Shown one piece after another: positions 58,756 to 64,000 of a DNA stretch of 64,000 bases. The stretch comes from Phycisphaerae bacterium. GTDB lineage: Bacteria > Planctomycetota > Phycisphaerae > UBA1845 > JAFGLZ01. The first letter of the stretch is position 1. Each line of letters opens with the position of its first letter. A program made the translations under genes and the position numbers. A model generated the notes under the pieces. That model had not been told where the DNA came from, did no database searches, and saw nothing but the letters and a program-made list of their open reading frames with translations. The DNA lies in NCBI GenBank assembly GCA_016927755.1, contig JAFGLZ010000104.1, positions 1,737-65,736 on the forward strand. Reading direction: 5' to 3'.

Positions 58756-61700
58756 CTACCCGCCGCGGACGTTGGCAGTAGGCCCGATGGAATCACGGAC
58801 AGCGGCGGGCCGATGCCACAATGAACGCCAATACGCCCGGTCCATCTCGTACGGGTTGATGGGGTCTTGGGCCGGGTCGAAGCTCTCGGGCAGAACGCCG
58901 AAACGCTTCATCCAGCGGACATAGTGCTCGTTGGGTCGGAAGCCCGGCATGTCGTAGCGCCCGGCCTCCTTCTGCCGTGCCTTGGCCGCCCGGATCGCCC
59001 GCAGGATGGCTTGGTAGGCGGGGTCTTGGGTGTCACGGAAGACGACGGACTGGCCGTACTGATCCTTGCACCATTCATACCCGCCCGCCTCTTTGGCCAA
59101 CGGCGCCAGGAGGATCATCGACTTTTCCGGATACGAGAGGTTATACAGGTTCCAGCAGTGCTTGGGCGTGTTCATCCTGCCTTTCCGAACGCGCCGCCCC
59201 ATCGACGCAGCCGAGTCGTGACACCAGAGGCAACGGTCCTGGACGATCCGATCGAGGGGTTCTCTTATCTCGACCCTGGGATTGTTCGTCAGCGCCCCGG
59301 CAACCGCGTTCTCGCCATGGTTATATACCGCGTACGTCCCCGCGAAGTGGGCGCTCGCCTCAACCCACAGACGGACTGTGTCGTATTCCTGCTTGGTCAG
59401 CTTCACGTCATGATGGCTGCCGTTGATCTTCTGAATCAAGGGGCTCGCCCCGGTGCCGAAGTCATAGGGACTATGATTCCTGAACTCGGTGTTATAGCGC
59501 CCCAACATGTCGCTGATCTGATTGTAGGCGAACAACGCGTAGTAGCTCTGCGTGAACCACTCGTTGTAGTCGCCCGTCAACACCACGCGTCCTGATGGTT
59601 TCTCGGCGCTATGGCAGCCCACGCAATGCCTGTCCCAGATCGGCTGGATGTCACGTGGGTAGTCGAACACCTCGGGCACGCCGGCAGCAGGCTCGATTCG
59701 GCTCGGGGGGCGCTTCGACGCCATCAGGACACCGCTTCCCGCCAAGCTGGGAGGTTCCGTGCGGGGTTCGTGGCAGCCCACGCATCCTTGCGTTTCGCCC
59801 GGCATCACCATCGTGTAGCTCTGCATCCGTTTCACGGCCAGCCCCTTCTCGTCGAGCGCCACGAAATAGAGACCTCTAAGAGGCGGGACCTCGAACGAGG
59901 CCGACCCGTCGGCCTCGACTGGAACGGTGCCCAGGACCCGGCGCAGGGTGTGCGTGCCGTCCATGCTGATGAGCCCCGGTAGCGAGAAGTAGCTGATTGG
60001 CTTGGGCAGGTCTTCAAGCACCAGGAGCCTCTTGATGGCGCCTGGCTTGACTCGCGCCGCCTGCATGTTGCGGCCTTCGTAGACGTTGGTCAGGACCAGC
60101 CTCCCGGTAATCTTTCGCAGGTCGATGCGGGAGGGGGTCACCGGTTCGCGCGGTCGAGGGCGGATGACGCGCGGATCATGGACCATCTTCTCGGCCCGAA
60201 AGAACTCCTGGAGCGTTCCCCGGCCATCCAAGACCAGCAGGCTCTTGTCCTCCGCGACCAGGAAGCAGTTCTCGGACAGCGGGTACGGGTCTCGGAACCC
60301 CGTCCGGCCACCGCCGAACCACGGAATGCCGGACGGCCACCAGTAGTGATACCGCAAGTCCCTCTCGGGGCTGATCTGCCTGGCTGCCCAGGCCTCGTCC
60401 GGCCCGGCTTTGGTATCGACGACCATCACGTGACCGGCGTTTTCACGCAGGCCGACCGGCGGAGAGAAGACCGACACCACCTTGCCGTCCGCACCGGGAA
60501 TCGGCAGGGCGTCGCACTTCGAGTAGACCAGGTCGGGTGGTCGTACCGTGCCGCCGAAGAGAATCATCTGGCCGGTGCCGTCGGGGTTCATCACCCACAG
60601 GTCGCGGAACGACCCGATGGCCGAGTCGACGTATTCCCACCGCGTGTAGATCACTCGCCCGTCCGGCAGCACCGCCGGTCGGTCATCGCGGACGTTGTTC
60701 GCCGAAAGGCACAGCATGTTGCCGCCGTCCGCGTTCATCCGGTAGAGGATCGCCGCCTCGGTGTGATTGCAGGGGACGAACCGGCGGCATCGGCTCGACA
60801 CGAAGACAATGCCGCCGTCGGGCAGGTAGGCCGGATCCATGTCGTCCCATTCCCCGAAGGTCAGTTGCCTGAGCCCGCTCCGGTCCGTGTTGATCTCATA
60901 GAGGTTGTAATGCCTCGTGCCGCCCTTGCGATATGCGAACAGGATCTTGCCGCCGTCGTAGTGCACGCGCGGGTCGCGGATGTTGCCCTTGGGGTCGTCC
61001 AACAGGACGGTAACCTGCTTGGTTCGCAGGTTGAGTTTGCACAGCCGGGATCCATCCGGGGGATACAAGAACTTGCTCGGGTCGTCCGACCATCCGCCGA
61101 AGTTGGCATAGTAGTGGCCATCTGAATACAGCGCGCGGACAACGAAGATGATCTCCTCGGCGCCGCCCATCAACTCCAGGGCCTTCTCGACCAGGTTGGG
61201 TTCGGGAGGCGGCGCGGGCTGAGGCTCGAAGGATAGGTTGTCGACCAGGTAGTCGGCGGAAGACCCGGCCGAGTAAAGACCGACGTCCTTCACCGCCGAG
61301 TTCGTACCGACGTAGCAGAGACGGCGCGTGTACGACCCCGACGTCTCTCCGCCAGTAAGCGTGATCGTCATTGCCTGGCTCGCGCCACCGTATCCCGTCC
61401 CGACGATTCTCAGGTGATTGACCACCGGCGTCTCGCCGTCATCAAAGCGCCCGTCGCGATGGACGTCGGGCGTCGGCTTGACGAACAGGCCGGTATCCTG
61501 GAACCCGCCGCGGCTGTAGATCTGAATCTGGTGCTTGCCGCCGGCGGTCGTATAGACGCGAATGCTGTCGATGTTGTCAGACCCGCCGTGCGAGCCGCCC
61601 GCCGTCGAATACGTCACCACACCCAACGATCTGACGCCGGTCGAAACGGTGTCCAAGACGGCGAAGTCCATTTCCATTGCGAAGTGACGAATGCCGTCGG

Positions 61701-61953
61701 TACTGACCGTCTGCGACAGGAGGCCACCGCCAGCCACCATCTTCGCACTGTAGTTCCCGCCAACAACGGTCGGTGTCGCCGACGCGGAGGCGACCCCAGA
61801 TCCAGGACTGGACGTCCACGAATCAAATACCCCCGTGGTGACCGCTTCGAAACCACCGTTCGCAAGCCGTTGAGCCATGAGCGGCGAACCGATGGACGCC
61901 GCCACGAATCCGGACAACGCCAAGGCAACCGAAATCGTTGCATCCCGCTTCAT
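58756..61953 (-). CDS. Secreted multidomain protein: CBM-like jelly roll, PD40/TolB-like beta-propeller, and a C-terminal region with three CxxCH motifs (HzsA-related-like)
   Basis: Signal peptide. NGGFE...W CBM-like start. PD40-type repeats (RDPRVHYDGGKILFAY, YEINTDRSGLRQLT, DPAYLPDGGIVFVS, RPAVLPDGRVIYT). Haem-c type motifs CVGCH (x2) and CLWCH. ATG at 61953 with AAGGAG upstream. Confidence 0.6.
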   Translation of the reverse strand: MKRDATISVALALSGFVAASIGSPLMAQRLANGGFEAVTTGVFDSWTSSPGSGVASASATPTVVGGNYSAKMVAGGGLLSQTVSTDGIRHFAMEMDFAVLDTVSTGVRSLGVVTYSTAGGSHGGSDNIDSIRVYTTAGGKHQIQIYSRGGFQDTGLFVKPTPDVHRDGRFDDGETPVVNHLRIVGTGYGGASQAMTITLTGGETSGSYTRRLCYVGTNSAVKDVGLYSAGSSADYLVDNLSFEPQPAPPPEPNLVEKALELMGGAEEIIFVVRALYSDGHYYANFGGWSDDPSKFLYPPDGSRLCKLNLRTKQVTVLLDDPKGNIRDPRVHYDGGKILFAYRKGGTRHYNLYEINTDRSGLRQLTFGEWDDMDPAYLPDGGIVFVSSRCRRFVPCNHTEAAILYRMNADGGNMLCLSANNVRDDRPAVLPDGRVIYTRWEYVDSAIGSFRDLWVMNPDGTGQMILFGGTVRPPDLVYSKCDALPIPGADGKVVSVFSPPVGLRENAGHVMVVDTKAGPDEAWAARQISPERDLRYHYWWPSGIPWFGGGRTGFRDPYPLSENCFLVAEDKSLLVLDGRGTLQEFFRAEKMVHDPRVIRPRPREPVTPSRIDLRKITGRLVLTNVYEGRNMQAARVKPGAIKRLLVLEDLPKPISYFSLPGLISMDGTHTLRRVLGTVPVEADGSASFEVPPLRGLYFVALDEKGLAVKRMQSYTMVMPGETQGCVGCHEPRTEPPSLAGSGVLMASKRPPSRIEPAAGVPEVFDYPRDIQPIWDRHCVGCHSAEKPSGRVVLTGDYNEWFTQSYYALFAYNQISDMLGRYNTEFRNHSPYDFGTGASPLIQKINGSHHDVKLTKQEYDTVRLWVEASAHFAGTYAVYNHGENAVAGALTNNPRVEIREPLDRIVQDRCLWCHDSAASMGRRVRKGRMNTPKHCWNLYNLSYPEKSMILLAPLAKEAGGYEWCKDQYGQSVVFRDTQDPAYQAILRAIRAAKARQKEAGRYDMPGFRPNEHYVRWMKRFGVLPESFDPAQDPINPYEMDRAYWRSLWHRPAAVRDSIGPTANVRGG

Positions 61954-62010
61954 AGGTTGCTCCTTCGGCGGCCTGCAGTGTAACGGAACGTTGCAGGCCG
62001 ACGCGAACAA

Positions 62011-62883
62011 TCACTTCTCCGACGCCCGCGCATGCCTCCCCTTCTCTTGCAGCCACCTCAGCATCGGTGAGATGGCCGGCGCGACCATGCCGTGACCATG
62101 GCCTTGAAGCTCATACAAGGTGACGTCCTTGTGGCCGACCACTTTGAGCATCCGCATGAAGTAGGCGTTTTCCTCGTAGCGGCCGAGCATCTCCATCTCG
62201 CGGTCCCCGGTGATCAGGAGGATCGGCGGCGCATCGGGGCGGACATGGTAGAGCGGCGCGAACGAGTCGACCAGTGGCTGCGTCTTGGGGAGTCCCTTTT
62301 CCTTTCGCACGGTCATGTGGGTAATCGTGTGGCCGCTGAGCGGGATGAGGCCGGCGATCCGATCGGCGTCGATGTCGTACTCGGCAAGCCAGCGTTTGTC
62401 GATGCCGATCATGCTGGTCAGATACCCGCCGGCGGAATGGCCCGACACGAAGATCTTCGTGGGATCGCCGCCGTGCTTTTCAATGTTCCGGAACGTCCAC
62501 GCGACGGCGGCGGCCGCGTCTTGCAGGTACGCCGGGCAAGTGACCTTCGGGTGCAGCCGGTAGTTGGCGGCGACGACGGCAATGCCTTGGTCTTTCAGGC
62601 CCTCAGGGATGTGCCGGTTGCCTCCAGTAAGTCCTCCGCCATGAAACCAGACCACAGTCGCGAAGCCGGTCTTGTTCTTGGGATAGTAGAGATCGAGACG
62701 GCAACGTTCGAGCTGATATGGTGTCGCCTTGCCGTGTTTCGTCAAGTACGAGATGTTCTTGTCGATGCCATACTGTATCTCGCTTCGCTTCGTCTCATCA
62801 CCGTGTGTACTGCCGATAACGGTGACCGCGGCTACGACTGCCAGGCATGAGCGTAGCATTGGGAGGTTCCTTTTCGAGCACAT
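62011..62883 (-). CDS. Secreted alpha/beta-hydrolase fold esterase/lipase
   Basis: Oxyanion-hole block VVWFHGGGLTGG. Nucleophile elbow VSGHSAGG. Signal peptide present. Confidence 0.8.
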   Translation of the reverse strand: MCSKRNLPMLRSCLAVVAAVTVIGSTHGDETKRSEIQYGIDKNISYLTKHGKATPYQLERCRLDLYYPKNKTGFATVVWFHGGGLTGGNRHIPEGLKDQGIAVVAANYRLHPKVTCPAYLQDAAAAVAWTFRNIEKHGGDPTKIFVSGHSAGGYLTSMIGIDKRWLAEYDIDADRIAGLIPLSGHTITHMTVRKEKGLPKTQPLVDSFAPLYHVRPDAPPILLITGDREMEMLGRYEENAYFMRMLKVVGHKDVTLYELQGHGHGMVAPAISPMLRWLQEKGRHARASEK

Positions 62884-63420
62884 GCCGCGTTTGAAGGCGT
62901 GAAGCCTTCCTCCAATAGCTTGAACCGAGACTTCCCCCGCGGCGGCGCCTTCGCTGTCGTTCTCGATGAAACCCTCGAGACCCGTTTCCTCCGCGGTAGG
63001 CGGATGCTCCGAAGCGCCGCCAATCCTGCCTTCCGCCGAGCGTTTTCCTTGACTACGGGAGTGTCATTCTACTCTTCTTCCTTCCGCGGGACGATGGTCC
63101 GTACCGAAAAGGTCGTCCGGCGTCGTGGAGGCCATGGGCACCACACCGCACGGGTTGGCTGATGATGGGACACCACGACGATCCCCGATGTGAAACGCTC
63201 CGAACAGGCGTCTTCGACCAACGCGGGACGCTGCCGCCTCGGTCAAGCGCATTGGCACTCTGGTCAGCAGCCACCGGAACCACAGGCCAGATCACGCAAC
63301 TCGGGAATATCGATGATGCAGGCCGCCGGCTTGCGTGATGGCGATCGCGTGTCCCGCGCCTGGACGCTGGATTCCGCGCGGTGTCGGAGCATTGCGGTCG
63401 AGCGACAGGTGCGTTCGATG

Positions 63421-64000
63421 TCAATTCTCGTGCGTTGTCGTGAAGGTGTAGAGGCCGGCGCCCACTTCGAACGACGTGTTGCCCGCGGAATCGACCACTT
63501 TCCTGTCACCGGGGCCCAGATTCCCCGCACAGGGCTCCGGAGTCCTGATCAGGGCGGTCGTGTTCGCTGGGATCGAGACGTTCATCGTGAACGTCTTGTC
63601 TTTGGACCATGCACATCGAATGGGGCCGTACATGGAATGGAACGAGGCTTCGGCCGACCGGATGCCGCTGGGATGGGGCTCGATGAGGATACGCTTGAAA
63701 CCGGGTTCGAGTGGCCGAATGCCCGCCAGGTACTCGTAGTACCACTGGCCGACGGTTCCGAAGGCATAGTGGTTGAACGAGTTCATGCCGGAGCGGAGCT
63801 CTTCGACCTTGTCGCTGTTCCATCGCTCCCAGATGGTCGTGGCGCCCGCGTCGACCATATACCCCCACGACGGATACGAGCGTTGCACGGCGAGCTTGCC
63901 GGCAAGATCGTCCCGGCCGAACGTGCTCAAGGCGGGCATCAGATAGGCCGTCCCGATGAAGCCCGTTGTCAGATGATTATCGTGGGCGATGATATCCTCG
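63421..64000 (-). CDS. GH78 alpha-L-rhamnosidase, C-terminal part (gene continues beyond the window end)
   Basis: YPSWGYMVDAGATTIWERWNS ... NSFNHYAFGTVGQWYYEYLAGIRP ... FKRILIEPHP. The frame stays open upstream of the ORF-track ATG to position 64000 (..EDIIAHDNHLTTGFIGTAYLMPAL..). Confidence 0.8.
   Translation of the reverse strand, partial: EDIIAHDNHLTTGFIGTAYLMPALSTFGRDDLAGKLAVQRSYPSWGYMVDAGATTIWERWNSDKVEELRSGMNSFNHYAFGTVGQWYYEYLAGIRPLEPGFKRILIEPHPSGIRSAEASFHSMYGPIRCAWSKDKTFTMNVSIPANTTALIRTPEPCAGNLGPGDRKVVDSAGNTSFEVGAGLYTFTTTHEN

Noticed and set aside
63264-63392. 42-codon minus-strand ORF ending ...CIIDIPELRDLACGSGGC*, considered as a Cys-rich RiPP-like precursor between the GH78 and esterase genes.
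   Set aside because: There is no RBS upstream of its ATG and there are no maturation genes nearby. It is too short to distinguish from chance in GC-rich DNA.

Overview
High-GC, gene-dense bacterial chromosome segment. By inference it is Planctomycetota-like: it carries the DUF1549/DUF1553 + DUF1501 + PPC-domain trio, many Tat or lipoprotein signals, and many glycoside hydrolases. I saw no rRNA, tRNA, CRISPR array, transposase or integrase. Most of the window is housekeeping or carbohydrate metabolism. This includes glutamate synthase gltBD; GH27, GH38 and GH78 enzymes; two tandem GH2 paralogues; and a plus-strand sugar-acid block (two 2-hydroxyacid dehydrogenases, kdgK, eda, a URO-D-like gene). 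That block is followed by a 2-oxoacid/acetoin dehydrogenase operon whose E2 and E3 are fused in one ORF, then lipA. The clearest accessory region is a low-GC island at about 39.9-44.1 kb, between lipA and the PPC-domain operon. It holds a minus-strand operon of an unrecognisable basic-tailed protein, a ParA-like ATPase and a stand-alone RelA/SpoT synthetase (toxSAS-like). Next to these are a NYN-domain RNase and two long untranslated stretches. I rank this as the best candidate for an undescribed defence or addiction module. Other items worth a second look: an orphan YefM antitoxin with a YoeB C-terminal remnant; an MqsR/MqsA-like pair with an HTH-less antitoxin; NNTAGGG heptamer G-tract arrays at several intergenic sites; a perfect 17-bp terminator-like hairpin translated in frame inside kdgK; a glycyl-radical enzyme with no activase nearby, beside a double-SDR fusion; a PD40 propeller protein with three CxxCH motifs; and tandem thrombospondin-type-3 repeat lipoproteins. 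The many long antisense ORFs in the track are treated as high-GC artefacts. All family assignments rest on motifs read by eye, with no database searches.
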